Shown: positions 1-9,380 of the stretch, piece by piece
Layout of the letters: the number at the start of each line of letters is the position of its first letter
Position numbering within the stretch: the stretch's first letter is position 1
Source of the DNA: Abditibacteriaceae bacterium
GTDB lineage: Bacteria; Armatimonadota; Abditibacteriia; Abditibacteriales; Abditibacteriaceae
NCBI GenBank assembly: GCA_031425655.1
Contig: JANPJS010000108.1
Coordinates: 1 to 60,054, forward strand
Length of the DNA stretch: 60,054 bases
Direction: 5' to 3'
Translations under genes and position numbers: made by a program
The notes under the pieces: generated by a model
Seen by the model: the letters and a program-made list of their open reading frames with translations, nothing else
What the model was told of the DNA's origin: nothing
The model's database searches: none

Positions 1-2
1 CG

Positions 3-115
3 ATAAACACGGATGACAAGCGATTTTGCCTTGTGCTGACAAAGGCACAAGGCAAAATCAACAAATCGAAATCCGTGTTTATCGGGTGCCCTCTGGGCGG
101 ATTCATCAGTGGTTT
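3..115. repeat. Palindromic repeat related to family A
   Basis: ataaacacggat...atccgtgtttat and gattttgccttgtgc/gcacaaggcaaaatc inverted pairs; 18-mer motif at 83-100. Confidence 0.6.
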
Positions 116-147
116 ATTTCTTTAGGCGCTCTTAAAGACGATTTTCG

Positions 148-1098
148 ATGAATGTTTCTTACCGAAACGGCCTGCATTTGCCCGACAGCGATTTGTGGCT
201 TGACCCGCACCATGCGCGCGAAATGGCGGTCGTGACGCACGCGCACGCCGATCATATGTGCGCGCATCAGCGCGTGCTGGCCACGCCCGCGACGGTGGCC
301 ATGATGCGCGTGCGAGGCGCGAGGCGATGCAATTTTCAGCCGGCGGAATGGGGCGAAGTCGTCGAAATCGGCGGCGCTGAGGTGACTTTAGTGCCCGCCG
401 GCCACGTTCTCGGTTCGGCGCAAGTGCTGGTGGAACACGATGGCGTGCGCCTTTTGTATTCCGGCGACTTCAAATTGCGGCCCGGCCTGAGCGCCGAAGC
501 TGCCGTGGTGCCGCCCGCCGACATTTTGGTCATGGAAACCACTTTCGGCCTGCCGCGCTATCGTTTTCCCGCCGCAGAAGAAGTGCATTCGCGCATCCGC
601 GAATTTTGCCGCGAGGCTTTGGAATGCGGACACGCGCCGGTTTTGTTTTGTTACAGTCTGGGCAAAGGTCAGGAAGTGTTAGCCGGGCTGAGCGGCGTGG
701 ACTTTCCGATTTATCTGCACGAAAAACACTTCGAGATGACCAATTTGTATCGCGCTTTCGGCGTGACGCTGCCGCATTATCAGCTTTACCAGCCGGGACG
801 CGCTTTAGATGGAGTTCTGCTCTGCGCGTCGGGTTGCCGCAAAGGGCGCTGGTTCGCCGAACTCGAACGCACCCACGATTTACGCACCGCGTATATCTCC
901 GGCTGGGCGCTGGATGCGGGCGCCGCGTGGCGTTACGGCACGCACGAAGCGTTCCCGCTTTCCGACCACGCCGATTACGATGAACTCATGCATTACGTTC
1001 GTGCCAGCGGCGCCCGGCGCGTTTACACCACGCACGGCTTCGCCGCAGAATTCGCCGCCGATTTGCGCGCCTGCGGACTGGATGCGCGCCCGTTGTAA
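148..1098 (+). CDS. MBL-fold/beta-CASP metallo-hydrolase (DNA ligase-associated exonuclease-like)
   Basis: Motifs THAHADH, AGHVLGSA, YSGDF, ETTFG, LSDHADY typical of beta-CASP nucleases. Confidence 0.85.
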   Translation: MNVSYRNGLHLPDSDLWLDPHHAREMAVVTHAHADHMCAHQRVLATPATVAMMRVRGARRCNFQPAEWGEVVEIGGAEVTLVPAGHVLGSAQVLVEHDGVRLLYSGDFKLRPGLSAEAAVVPPADILVMETTFGLPRYRFPAAEEVHSRIREFCREALECGHAPVLFCYSLGKGQEVLAGLSGVDFPIYLHEKHFEMTNLYRAFGVTLPHYQLYQPGRALDGVLLCASGCRKGRWFAELERTHDLRTAYISGWALDAGAAWRYGTHEAFPLSDHADYDELMHYVRASGARRVYTTHGFAAEFAADLRACGLDARPL

Positions 1099-1128
1099 GA
1101 AACCGCCTGACAGAGAAATCGCGCCGCA

Positions 1129-1162
1129 AAAAGGGCGAGGAGTCATGACTCCTCGCCCTTTT
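1129..1162. terminator. Bidirectional intrinsic terminator
   Basis: Perfect 34-bp palindrome aaaagggcgaggagtcatgactcctcgccctttt between convergent genes. Confidence 0.85.
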
Positions 1163-1179
1163 CACATCGGTGCGCCGTT

Positions 1180-1734
1180 TTACATCTTTTTCATCGCCGG
1201 TTTGGCAGCGGGCTTGGAAGCGGCGTCCTTTAACTGCGCCATCGTCATGCCGCACTTCGTGCATTTGCCGTTCGACAATTTCACTTTGCACATGGCGCAC
1301 ATCGCGGCGGCAGTCATGCCGCACTTGGTGCATTTCATCGTGGTGCCGTTGATGGATTTCATCGGCGCCTTGCAGTGAGAACACGTCATCGGCGACAACA
1401 TACACTTCGCTGCCGATTTGGCGGGTTCACCTTTCAACTGCGCCATCGTCATACCGCACTTCGTGCATTTGCCGTTCGACAATTTCACTTTGCACCCGCT
1501 GCACATCGCGGCGGCGGTCATGCCGCATTTGGTGCATTTCATTGTGGTGCCGTTGACGGATTTCATCGCGGCCTTGCAGTGAGAACACGTCATCGGCGAC
1601 AACATACATTTCGCTGCCGATTTGCCTTTGCTGCTCGACACGGCGGACTTTTCTCCGGCTTGCGCGGGCGACACGATTAGCGTGTTCGCCAGCAACCCCA
1701 GAACGACTGCGACGACTGTCAATTTTCCAAACAT
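1180..1734 (-). CDS. Exported Cys/Met/Lys-rich protein with two 68-aa repeats (CxxC, heavy-metal-binding-like KCxKCGM)
   Basis: Signal peptide ending AQA; SD AGGAG upstream; 204-nt direct repeat; 18 Cys and 19 Met in the mature part. Confidence 0.8.
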   Translation of the reverse strand: MFGKLTVVAVVLGLLANTLIVSPAQAGEKSAVSSSKGKSAAKCMLSPMTCSHCKAAMKSVNGTTMKCTKCGMTAAAMCSGCKVKLSNGKCTKCGMTMAQLKGEPAKSAAKCMLSPMTCSHCKAPMKSINGTTMKCTKCGMTAAAMCAMCKVKLSNGKCTKCGMTMAQLKDAASKPAAKPAMKKM

Positions 1735-1825
1735 GGTCTTGCTCCTTTCCCGGCTGATGCCGGGCTACCACGCTCAATTTTTGCGTGCGGTGTTCATAAA
1801 ACCGTCACAGTGACGGGAGGAGAAT

Positions 1826-2737
1826 TCATTTTTTCTCGTCGAACTTCAGCGATACCGAATTGATGCAGTAACGGAGTCCGGTCGGCTTCGGGCCGTCCTC
1901 GAAGATGTGGCCTAAGTGCGATTCGCAACGCGCGCAATGCACTTCGGTGCGAACCATGCCATACGCCGTGTCTTTGGTCGTTTCCACGTTGTCGGCTTCA
2001 ACCGGCTGATAAAAGCTGGGCCAACCGGTGCCCGAATCGAACTTGGTTTCCGAGCTGAACAGCGGCTCGCCACAGGCAACGCACTTGTAAACGCCGTCTT
2101 TGTGGTTGTTCACATATTCGCCGGTGAAGGCGCGCTCGGTGCCGTGCTGGCGGGCCACCTGATACGCTTCCGGCGACAGCGCGGCACGCCATTCGGCGTC
2201 GGTTTTTTCGATCTTTCCCATTTTCGCTCCCTTTGAATTCTGTGTCACGGTCTCGAAACCGCCATTTTTCGCGTCGGCGCGCAGCGTCACTTTGCTGGCG
2301 CCACCCGCTTGGACAGCAAACGGCAAACGATAACTCAGCGGCTTAATCAGGCAGTTGCGTTCGCCGTCGTCGCAATACATCACGCGGGCACTGACCACGA
2401 CCGTGCCCTGCCCGCTTTGCCCCGTCGCGAACGCCAATTTCAGCGGCAACGCGAATTGTGTTCCCGTGACTGGCATTTTGCCGGGCAGCGTCAAGCCCTT
2501 GCCTTCCACGCGCGCCTCAAATTTTTGCGGCGCCTTTTTGTTGAGATGATAGCCGTCGGGAAAATTGACCTCGAAGGTCAATTCGCCTTTGGCGCCGGGC
2601 GCTAAGGCCAGTGCTTTCGCCTGAGCTTTCGGCTCCGCCGCGCCGCCGGCGAAAAACGGCACGAGAGCGAATCCGGCCAGCGTCGCAAAACTCCAACCCG
2701 CTAAAAGGCGCACGCCGCGCGATGATCCTTGATTCAT
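1826..2737 (-). CDS. msrB: Exported fusion: Ig-like Cys-pair domain + peptide-methionine (R)-S-oxide reductase MsrB
   Basis: C-terminal [34 protein letters not shown]-terminal hydrophobic signal; ATG at 2737 with TAAGGAG SD. Confidence 0.9.
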   Translation of the reverse strand: MNQGSSRGVRLLAGWSFATLAGFALVPFFAGGAAEPKAQAKALALAPGAKGELTFEVNFPDGYHLNKKAPQKFEARVEGKGLTLPGKMPVTGTQFALPLKLAFATGQSGQGTVVVSARVMYCDDGERNCLIKPLSYRLPFAVQAGGASKVTLRADAKNGGFETVTQNSKGAKMGKIEKTDAEWRAALSPEAYQVARQHGTERAFTGEYVNNHKDGVYKCVACGEPLFSSETKFDSGTGWPSFYQPVEADNVETTKDTAYGMVRTEVHCARCESHLGHIFEDGPKPTGLRYCINSVSLKFDEKK

Positions 2738-2839
2738 AATTTTCTCCTTACAGCGTGCCATTTCCAGCAACGCTTTGTTGACACACGATGAAACACGCAA
2801 TGCGCTGCTTTTGTTCCCGTTTGTTACAGATTCAACCCG

Positions 2840-4189
2840 TTACGGATGAGGCCGATAAACATCGCGAGACAAGCGTTGGCGCTGCTCGCCGTCGGCGGTC
2901 TTGCTGATGCGATACGCTTCGGACACCAAGCCGCTTTTGCGCGAAATCGTGCGCGATTCGACTAAAAACGTGCCCTGACGGGGCTGCGTGCCCCACAATC
3001 GCGCATGAAAGCGTGAGCGGCGCAGGAAAGTTTCGACATAAATAGGCCCGCCGCTGTTGTTGCGGAACTTCATGTCTTTGCTGCCCCAATAAATCGCGGC
3101 ATCGCGCGAAACCGGCACATAAGTCACATGAAACATATGCGGATGGCGCTCGATAATCGGCAAACCCGCCATGAGCGCGGCGTTGTAAACCGTGCTCGAA
3201 CACTGGCAAATGCCCGATCCGACGCCGCTGACAACCTGCCCCGACACGAACATTTTGGCTTCTTTCCAGCCGTCTGCGGCGTGGCGCGGCCCGATGGCCT
3301 TATTCGCCGAAAAAACGCCGTCTTCAGGCACAATCGTGCCGTTGACCAACTTGGCTGCCATGCGCAAATTGTTGGTGCGCCCGCGAATGCGCGCGTCGTA
3401 AGGCGACGCGTATTCAGCTAAAAGGTGCGGAAAGCCCTCCGGCGCGCCCGGCGTTGCGGCATTTTCAACCGGCGCCGTCGTCGCAGTGCGACTAACCACG
3501 AGTGGCACGTTCAAGCGCGGCGGCTGCGCTTCGAGCGCGTCTTTTGCGCGCCACGCCGAGCCTTCGACAGCCAAATTCACGCGCGTCCAGCCCGAACTGA
3601 GGCCAACAGCCACATCCGTATTGTTGGCGGTTTGTGCAGACTTTTCGACGCGGTTGACTTTGTTGGAAAGCGCCGTCATCACGCGTTGAGCGGCTTCGAT
3701 TTCTAATGAGAAACGCAGTGGCACATCGCGTTTCAGAGAGCGCGCCTGCGCCAGCAACGCGCGATACGGAATCGTCACGCCGAGTGCGGCACGGCTCAGC
3801 GTCCAAGTTCGCGCGCCGTCGTCTAACTTAACTTCGCTTTGCAGCTTAGCGGCAAAAGCGGCCTTGAGATTTTGCAGCGCCTCAGCATCGCTCAGGCCGT
3901 AAACCGAAACGCCGCCGACACTGGAAATCGTCGGCGCAATCGGCGTGGCGTCGGGAAGCGTTCCACGCACCGGCGGCTGATTCAGCAAATCGTCGGGCGG
4001 ATGCGGCGTGTCCGTAATGATGACAACGAGCGGAATCAGCGGAGGTTTGGCCGCCGGCGTGGGTTTGGCTGTGGCACGCACCGGCGTTGATGGAATCACA
4101 TCGGCGGGCGCCGGCAAATTTTGCGCGAAAGCGCCGCGCGCACTCAGCAACGCGGCGATGGACAGATAGCGAAGGATACAATTCGACAA
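2840..4189 (-). CDS. VanW family protein, exported
   Basis: RTNNLRMAA, FSANKAIGPR, GSGICQCSSTVYNAAL, ERHPH, RDAAIYWG, DMKFRN; likely TTG start at 4189 with GAGG SD. Confidence 0.85.
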   Translation of the reverse strand: MSNCILRYLSIAALLSARGAFAQNLPAPADVIPSTPVRATAKPTPAAKPPLIPLVVIITDTPHPPDDLLNQPPVRGTLPDATPIAPTISSVGGVSVYGLSDAEALQNLKAAFAAKLQSEVKLDDGARTWTLSRAALGVTIPYRALLAQARSLKRDVPLRFSLEIEAAQRVMTALSNKVNRVEKSAQTANNTDVAVGLSSGWTRVNLAVEGSAWRAKDALEAQPPRLNVPLVVSRTATTAPVENAATPGAPEGFPHLLAEYASPYDARIRGRTNNLRMAAKLVNGTIVPEDGVFSANKAIGPRHAADGWKEAKMFVSGQVVSGVGSGICQCSSTVYNAALMAGLPIIERHPHMFHVTYVPVSRDAAIYWGSKDMKFRNNSGGPIYVETFLRRSRFHARLWGTQPRQGTFLVESRTISRKSGLVSEAYRISKTADGEQRQRLSRDVYRPHP

Positions 4190-4261
4190 CGTTTCGACCT
4201 CGTGAAATTTCAGGATTGGTTTTAGTTTGGGCAAAAATTCGACACCGTGCAGCAACAGGTC

Positions 4262-4363
4262 ACCCGATGGTAAACCACCGGGCTGAAACACGAAGCCCCT
4301 CCGGGGCTGAGAGCATAGCCCCGGAGGGGCTTCGTGTTTCAGCCCGGCCATTCATGGCCGGGT
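4262..4363. repeat. REP-like composite palindrome
   Basis: Perfect 31-bp inverted arms 4278-4308 and 4317-4347, each with an internal AGCCCC-N3-GGGGCT hairpin, plus flanking small hairpins. Confidence 0.8.
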
Positions 4364-4380
4364 TTCGTTGGGCTAACGCC

Positions 4381-7320
4381 TCATTCTTCGCCCCGTGCGC
4401 GACGTTTGGCGCGGCGCAAACGCTCCATCGGATCGTCAGCGTCCTCTTCGACAGGCGGCGCAGTCTGCGGCGAGGGCGCACTCGAAACCGGAGGCGGCGC
4501 CGAGGCAATAGGCGGCTGCGACGGCGCAGCCACACCGCCCGGCGGAGCCGTCGGCGCTGCCGTCTCGCGTCTCGCGTCTCGCAACTCCGTGTCTCGCAAC
4601 TCCGTGTCTCGCGTCTCCTGCGCGGCGCGCTGTTTGGCTTTCAGCAAGGCGCCCATCGCTTCGTCGCGCGGCGGCACAGCGGGTTTGTCGGTTTTGGTGC
4701 CGCGCGGCGTTTTGGGACGCTTCAGACGCGCCCGCAAGTTTTGCAATTCGGTTTCGCCCCACATCAGGCGGCGCACCGCCACATCCAGCGGAAACAGAAT
4801 CGCCGCGAGAGCTAAAAGCGGCAGCCAGATGTCGCGCGGCGCACGGGCTGGAATGCGCGGTCGTGTGAACACTTTTCCCGCATCTTTCAGTGAAAAGCGG
4901 TCGCCGTTTGCGGTGTCGCTGAGTTGGCCGAGCAGAAAATCGTTGGTGCCGATGGCGTTGTATTCCGGCGAATATGGCAGCACCGCGCCGGTGATTTGCG
5001 AGGTTTCCTTGCCGCCTTGTTTGGTGCGGATGTTCGCCAGGTAAGTGCCCAGTTGGCGCGCGTCGAACGTGGCTTCGTAGCGGCCCGGCCCGGTCTGGTC
5101 GAGCGACAAATCCTGCGATTTCATGTTGGGCATGACAAGGCGCGCTTTCGGGTCGAGGAAGTTCAGGAAATTGCCCTTCGCATCAATCGCTTCGATGCTG
5201 ATTTTGCCTTTGCCTTTGTCAATGTCCACCAGAGTTTGCAGGTTGTCCGACGAGCTTTGCCTCATGCTCCAGCGCACCGATTGCGCCCAGAATTTGGAAT
5301 AGCCCGCCCACGGCAGCCACGCCGCCGCCCAGCGTTGGCGCGCGTCGCTGGTGAACGCCACAGCCTTGCCCAAACCGTATTGCCACGTCGCCAAAACCGG
5401 GTCATCGTTATGGCTGATTAAAACTTTTTTAGCGGTTGGCTTGATGCTGGTGCCGACGTAGCCAAGCAACGGCGGCGTGCTGGAAATACCATTGAGAATC
5501 GTGCTTGGTGCGCCTTGTTTGGGCGAGAAAGTTTCTTCGACAATGGTTGAGCGCGAAACCGTGGCGGCCTCTTTAAGAAAGATATTGGGAATCTGGTTCG
5601 GGCGCATCACAATATAAGCGCGCCCGTTGTGCTGCCGGGCGATTTGCGCCATAGATTTCGTGGTTTGCCCGCCGATGCCGTCGTGAGGATTGATAATAAT
5701 CGTCGAAACCGTGATTTTCGCGGCTCGGAATTTCTGCACAAGGGCCGGGCGCGGCGGCGACGGGTCGCCGTCACTGAGAATGATGCAGTGCTTCAGCGCC
5801 GCTTTAGTTTTCATCAGGCCGTCGTAGCAGACTTGCAGCGCGGCGTCGAAATCGGGCATATCGCCGGGATTGACTTTGCGCGTCATGGCCAGCATCCGCG
5901 AGCGATTCGGCCCCACGCGCAGCATTCCGCCGGGGAAAAGCCACGTCGCGTCGAAGCCGTAAACGCAGATGCCGGCCCAATCGTTGTCGCCGAGTTGGCG
6001 AATCACCTGCGAGCCGATGGATTTCGTCCAATCGTTGCCGCCCTGAAACTCGCAGGAGTGCATAATCATCGCAACCGCGCCGCCGGGGATGATCTGCATA
6101 TTTTTGATGTCCATCGTGACGGGCAGCGTTTCTTCGACCACCGTTTCACGATAGCCGCCCGGCCCAAACGAGTATTCGCCGCCGACCATGACCAATCCAC
6201 AGCCCAAATCGCGCACGTAGGATTGCAGCGAAAGCATCTGTTTTTCGGTTAAATCCCACGCCGGCACGTTGTCCAAAATGATGGCGTCGTAAGGCTGCAT
6301 CGCCGTCAAATTCGCCGGCAATCCGCCTTGACCGCGCATCTCGACGGTGACTTTTTCGCGTTGTAGCGCCCGCGCCAAAAACGCCGATTGTTGCGTGTCG
6401 CTGCCCACCAAAAGCACGCGCGGCTTGCCCTGCACGTTGACAAAACCCAGTGCGCGGTTGTTTTCCACGGTTGTGTCGGCGGTTTGCGGCGACTCGATTT
6501 TCGCCTCGAAAGTGCTGGCGCCGGCTTTCTGCACGGTCTGGGGAAACACGAAAACATTTTTGCCGGGCGTCAATCGCACCGCTTTGGAGCCAAGATATTC
6601 GCCGTCGCGGAACAATTTCAGCGTGGAATTGGCTTCCTGAGTCGAGCGCACGACGGCTTTGATTTCAATCGGCTCGCCGATTTTGGCTTCGCTGGGCACC
6701 GTCAGCTTTTCGATCAGCACTTCGTGGCGTTGAGGAGAAGTCAACGGCACCACGTCAATCGCCACTTCGTTGTTGCCCGCCACTTGCGCTTCGCCTAATG
6801 CATCGCCTAAGTTTTCGTTGCCGTCCGAGAGAATCACTAATCGCTTTTGCTTGCCGTCGGGCAAACTCGCCATCGCCAGACGAATCGCGCTGGCCATATC
6901 GGTAAATTCGCTGGCCGTAACGGTCTGAATTTTGTCAATTTTGGTAATTGGGCCGGGGGCGATTTCGACATACGGGTCGCGTCCGAAAACGACGACACCG
7001 GCCCAATCGTCCTTGCTTTTCTTACTTTTCAGCGCATTATTGATGAATTCCTGCGCCGAAACTTTGGCGTTCGCGCCGACGGAATCGGAAAAATCCACGA
7101 CGAACATCGTGGCGATGTCGCGGTTGAAGCGCACGAATTGCAATCCGGCTAATGCCAGCACTATGAGCGTGAGGACAACGATGCGCAACCCGACGGCCAC
7201 GCGGCGCCGCAGCGTCGAAAGGTCGGCGAGGGAACGCCCGGCCAGCAGCGCGAAATAAAGCGCAAACGGCGGCCAGAGCAAAAGCGCCCACGGATTGGTA
7301 AAAGACAGGCCGAAATTCAT
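4381..7320 (-). CDS. Membrane protein with vWA and glutamine-amidotransferase-like domains
   Basis: N-terminal TMs, MIDAS-like DFSDS, LSDGNEN, GGEYSFGPGGY, second vWA (LSDG), WQYGLGKAVAFTSD, C-terminal TM and Pro-rich tail. Confidence 0.85.
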   Translation of the reverse strand: MNFGLSFTNPWALLLWPPFALYFALLAGRSLADLSTLRRRVAVGLRIVVLTLIVLALAGLQFVRFNRDIATMFVVDFSDSVGANAKVSAQEFINNALKSKKSKDDWAGVVVFGRDPYVEIAPGPITKIDKIQTVTASEFTDMASAIRLAMASLPDGKQKRLVILSDGNENLGDALGEAQVAGNNEVAIDVVPLTSPQRHEVLIEKLTVPSEAKIGEPIEIKAVVRSTQEANSTLKLFRDGEYLGSKAVRLTPGKNVFVFPQTVQKAGASTFEAKIESPQTADTTVENNRALGFVNVQGKPRVLLVGSDTQQSAFLARALQREKVTVEMRGQGGLPANLTAMQPYDAIILDNVPAWDLTEKQMLSLQSYVRDLGCGLVMVGGEYSFGPGGYRETVVEETLPVTMDIKNMQIIPGGAVAMIMHSCEFQGGNDWTKSIGSQVIRQLGDNDWAGICVYGFDATWLFPGGMLRVGPNRSRMLAMTRKVNPGDMPDFDAALQVCYDGLMKTKAALKHCIILSDGDPSPPRPALVQKFRAAKITVSTIIINPHDGIGGQTTKSMAQIARQHNGRAYIVMRPNQIPNIFLKEAATVSRSTIVEETFSPKQGAPSTILNGISSTPPLLGYVGTSIKPTAKKVLISHNDDPVLATWQYGLGKAVAFTSDARQRWAAAWLPWAGYSKFWAQSVRWSMRQSSSDNLQTLVDIDKGKGKISIEAIDAKGNFLNFLDPKARLVMPNMKSQDLSLDQTGPGRYEATFDARQLGTYLANIRTKQGGKETSQITGAVLPYSPEYNAIGTNDFLLGQLSDTANGDRFSLKDAGKVFTRPRIPARAPRDIWLPLLALAAILFPLDVAVRRLMWGETELQNLRARLKRPKTPRGTKTDKPAVPPRDEAMGALLKAKQRAAQETRDTELRDTELRDARRETAAPTAPPGGVAAPSQPPIASAPPPVSSAPSPQTAPPVEEDADDPMERLRRAKRRARGEE

Positions 7321-7529
7321 TCGTTGGGTGTTGGGTTTTGGGTGTTGGGTCTTGGAATATTCTGCGGCGGAATTTCATCGCCTGTGAGCGTGACGATTTG
7401 GCCGTCGCGCCAGATGACGATGCTTTCGCCGAGCCGCCGGTGCCGTTCAATCGCTTCGGCGACGGCTTGTTGTGCGACGACGAGCATTTTCGCGGTTTCG
7501 TCACTCATTTGGGATAGCGTAGCCTGCAT
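7317..7529 (-). CDS. Small protein, putative partner of the zeta-like ATPase
   Basis: AVAEAIERHRRLGESIVIWRDGQIV resembles small proteins coupled to COG4185 ATPases; GGAG SD; overlaps upstream gene. Confidence 0.65.
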   Translation of the reverse strand: MQATLSQMSDETAKMLVVAQQAVAEAIERHRRLGESIVIWRDGQIVTLTGDEIPPQNIPRPNTQNPTPNE

Positions 7530-8082
7530 AAATTCTGCTCCATGCTTCAAAGTCAAAAATAAGAGTAGGTTTCTGATGCCCGCCCTCGGCAATCACAGTT
7601 TCGGAAAGTGCAGCGTTGTTGAATATGCGCCAAGTGTCCGCGAGTGGTTTATAAAGCTCAATGAAATTTTTTCGACCCGCTTCATAACGCCGCCTGATTA
7701 CGTCTTCGGGAATGTTATGTCCGCCTGCGCGCACTCTGGCCGCCACGCGCGCCACGTTCATTTCGGCGTCCGGCAGCCAAACGAAAATCAAATTGAAACG
7801 ATAACCACGTTTTCGGCATTCTTGTATAAACGGAACATAAGCCCGCGCCGCTAATGTGCTTTCAGTCGCAAAATTCACGCTTTTCGCGGCCAATTCGCGC
7901 AGACGGCGCATCATCAAAAATCCGGCTTTGAAATCTACGCTGTCCGGCTGAAATGGCGATAATCCTCCGGCGATGAGATCAGCATTGACGAATTCGCGGC
8001 ATCCCAATTCCGGCAGCAGTTTGAGCGCCAACGTTGTTTTGCCGGCACCGTTCGGCCCGCCGAAAAGAAAAAAATCAGGCAT
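7501..8082 (-). CDS. Zeta-toxin-like P-loop ATPase (COG4185)
   Basis: GGPNGAGKTT, FVNADLIA, ESTLA, RVRAGGHNIPEDVIRRRY. Confidence 0.85.
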   Translation of the reverse strand: MPDFFLFGGPNGAGKTTLALKLLPELGCREFVNADLIAGGLSPFQPDSVDFKAGFLMMRRLRELAAKSVNFATESTLAARAYVPFIQECRKRGYRFNLIFVWLPDAEMNVARVAARVRAGGHNIPEDVIRRRYEAGRKNFIELYKPLADTWRIFNNAALSETVIAEGGHQKPTLIFDFEAWSRIYAGYAIPNE

Positions 8083-8629
8083 CGCTTTTGGCTTTCCACC
8101 GCTCCGCCGACGCGCGCACGCTTTCCAGCGCTTGTTCGCGGGTTTTGAAGCCGGTTAACGTGATTTCGTTGCCTTCAAACGTTTGATAATCCTTCAAAAA
8201 GCCTTCGATTTCGCGCAGAAGACGCGGCGAAACGTCGTCGAGCGAGCGCATTTCGTCCCACGTCGAGGCGGCGCCTTCGAGAGAAACCGGGCAGCAGATT
8301 AAGCGGTCGTTTTCGTCGCCGTTTTTGATTAAGCCGATGGCGCCCAAAACGCGCGCCCGCACCAGACAACCGGGAAAACACGGCTCATCAATGAGCAGCG
8401 CCACATCTAAAGCATCGCCGTCGTCGGCGTGGGTTTGCGGGATGAAACCGAAATCGCAGGGCCACGTCATGCCGCCGCGCAAAATGCGGCGCAGTTCGAT
8501 GACGCCGTAAGTTTCCTTAAACGCGAACTTGTTGCGCGTGCCGCGCGGCGTCTCAACGATGACGTTGACCGCATCTTTTTCGATGAGGTCGCAAAACGGC
8601 GGAATGTGATCGAAAGAATAAACAGACAT
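8075..8629 (-). CDS. ppa: Inorganic pyrophosphatase family I (divergent)
   Basis: VIVETPRGTRNKF, DFGFIPQT, DGDALDV. Confidence 0.8.
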   Translation of the reverse strand: MSVYSFDHIPPFCDLIEKDAVNVIVETPRGTRNKFAFKETYGVIELRRILRGGMTWPCDFGFIPQTHADDGDALDVALLIDEPCFPGCLVRARVLGAIGLIKNGDENDRLICCPVSLEGAASTWDEMRSLDDVSPRLLREIEGFLKDYQTFEGNEITLTGFKTREQALESVRASAERWKAKSDA

Positions 8630-8635
8630 GGTTCA

Positions 8636-8710
8636 AGTGTGGAGTGTGGAGTGCGAAATTCGGAGTGCGGAATTTTTCACTCCGCACTCCGAACTTCGCA
8701 CTCCACACTC
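8636..8710. repeat. Inverted heptamer tandem repeat (GGAGTGY / RCACTCC)
   Basis: About 5 units followed by about 5 reverse-complement units, filling the Uma2-ppa spacer. Confidence 0.85.
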
Positions 8711-9344
8711 AGATGAGTTTCCAATCGCGCAGAATTTGAATCAAATCGGGTAGCGGCTCCTGCCATAACCAGAAGGGTTTGATCCATAGCCCCGGCATCT
8801 GCGTGCTGTAATAAACACCGTTTTGGTCGGGCAAGACTTCGTGATATTTACCCTCGCGCCACTGGTTGAATTCTACGCGCTGCAAGCGCGGATCAACGAT
8901 CCAGTATTCCGGCACGCCCGCTGCCTCGTATTCACGATATTTATCAACGTAATCGCGTTCAGGATCGTCGGGGCTGACGATCTCGACCACTAAATCGGCG
9001 GGGCCGTCAATGAAATTAGCACGCAGACGCGACTCATGCGCAGCAGCTACAAAAGTGATGTCCGGTGCCCGGCCCGGCAAGCCAGAACCCAGTTTCATGA
9101 CGACTGGGTCGCGGTAAACCGAGCCTAAACGATGATGCTCGGCAAAGCAGCGCAGAGCCGAGCAAAGAAAACCATTGAGATCGTCGTGTAAAAGGGAAAC
9201 CGCCGTCACTTCGTCCACCTCGCTGTGAAGCCACAGGACTTCTCCATCCACCCACTCGACGTGCGAGCCGTCGCTATATTTTTCCAGAAATTCTTCGAAG
9301 CAAATCTTTGTCGCGGTTTGCGGAGTCTGAGTTTCGCTTGCCAT
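8709..9344 (-). CDS. Uma2 family endonuclease
   Basis: EWVDG, PDITFV, ADLVVEIVSP, K..EYEAAGVPEYWIVDP. Confidence 0.9.
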   Translation of the reverse strand: MASETQTPQTATKICFEEFLEKYSDGSHVEWVDGEVLWLHSEVDEVTAVSLLHDDLNGFLCSALRCFAEHHRLGSVYRDPVVMKLGSGLPGRAPDITFVAAAHESRLRANFIDGPADLVVEIVSPDDPERDYVDKYREYEAAGVPEYWIVDPRLQRVEFNQWREGKYHEVLPDQNGVYYSTQMPGLWIKPFWLWQEPLPDLIQILRDWKLI

Positions 9345-9380
9345 GAACAGGCCTCCTTTCGTCCAAGTCCTCCACGCAGT

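Noticed and set aside
1180..1734. Multiheme cytochrome c
   Set aside because: The motifs are CxxCK/CxxCG, never CxxCH.
2840..4189. Vancomycin resistance locus
   Set aside because: VanW-domain gene alone, with no vanHAX or vanRS.
4190..4351. N-terminal extension of the VanW ORF
   Set aside because: Runs through a REP palindrome; SD and signal peptide fit the TTG at 4189.
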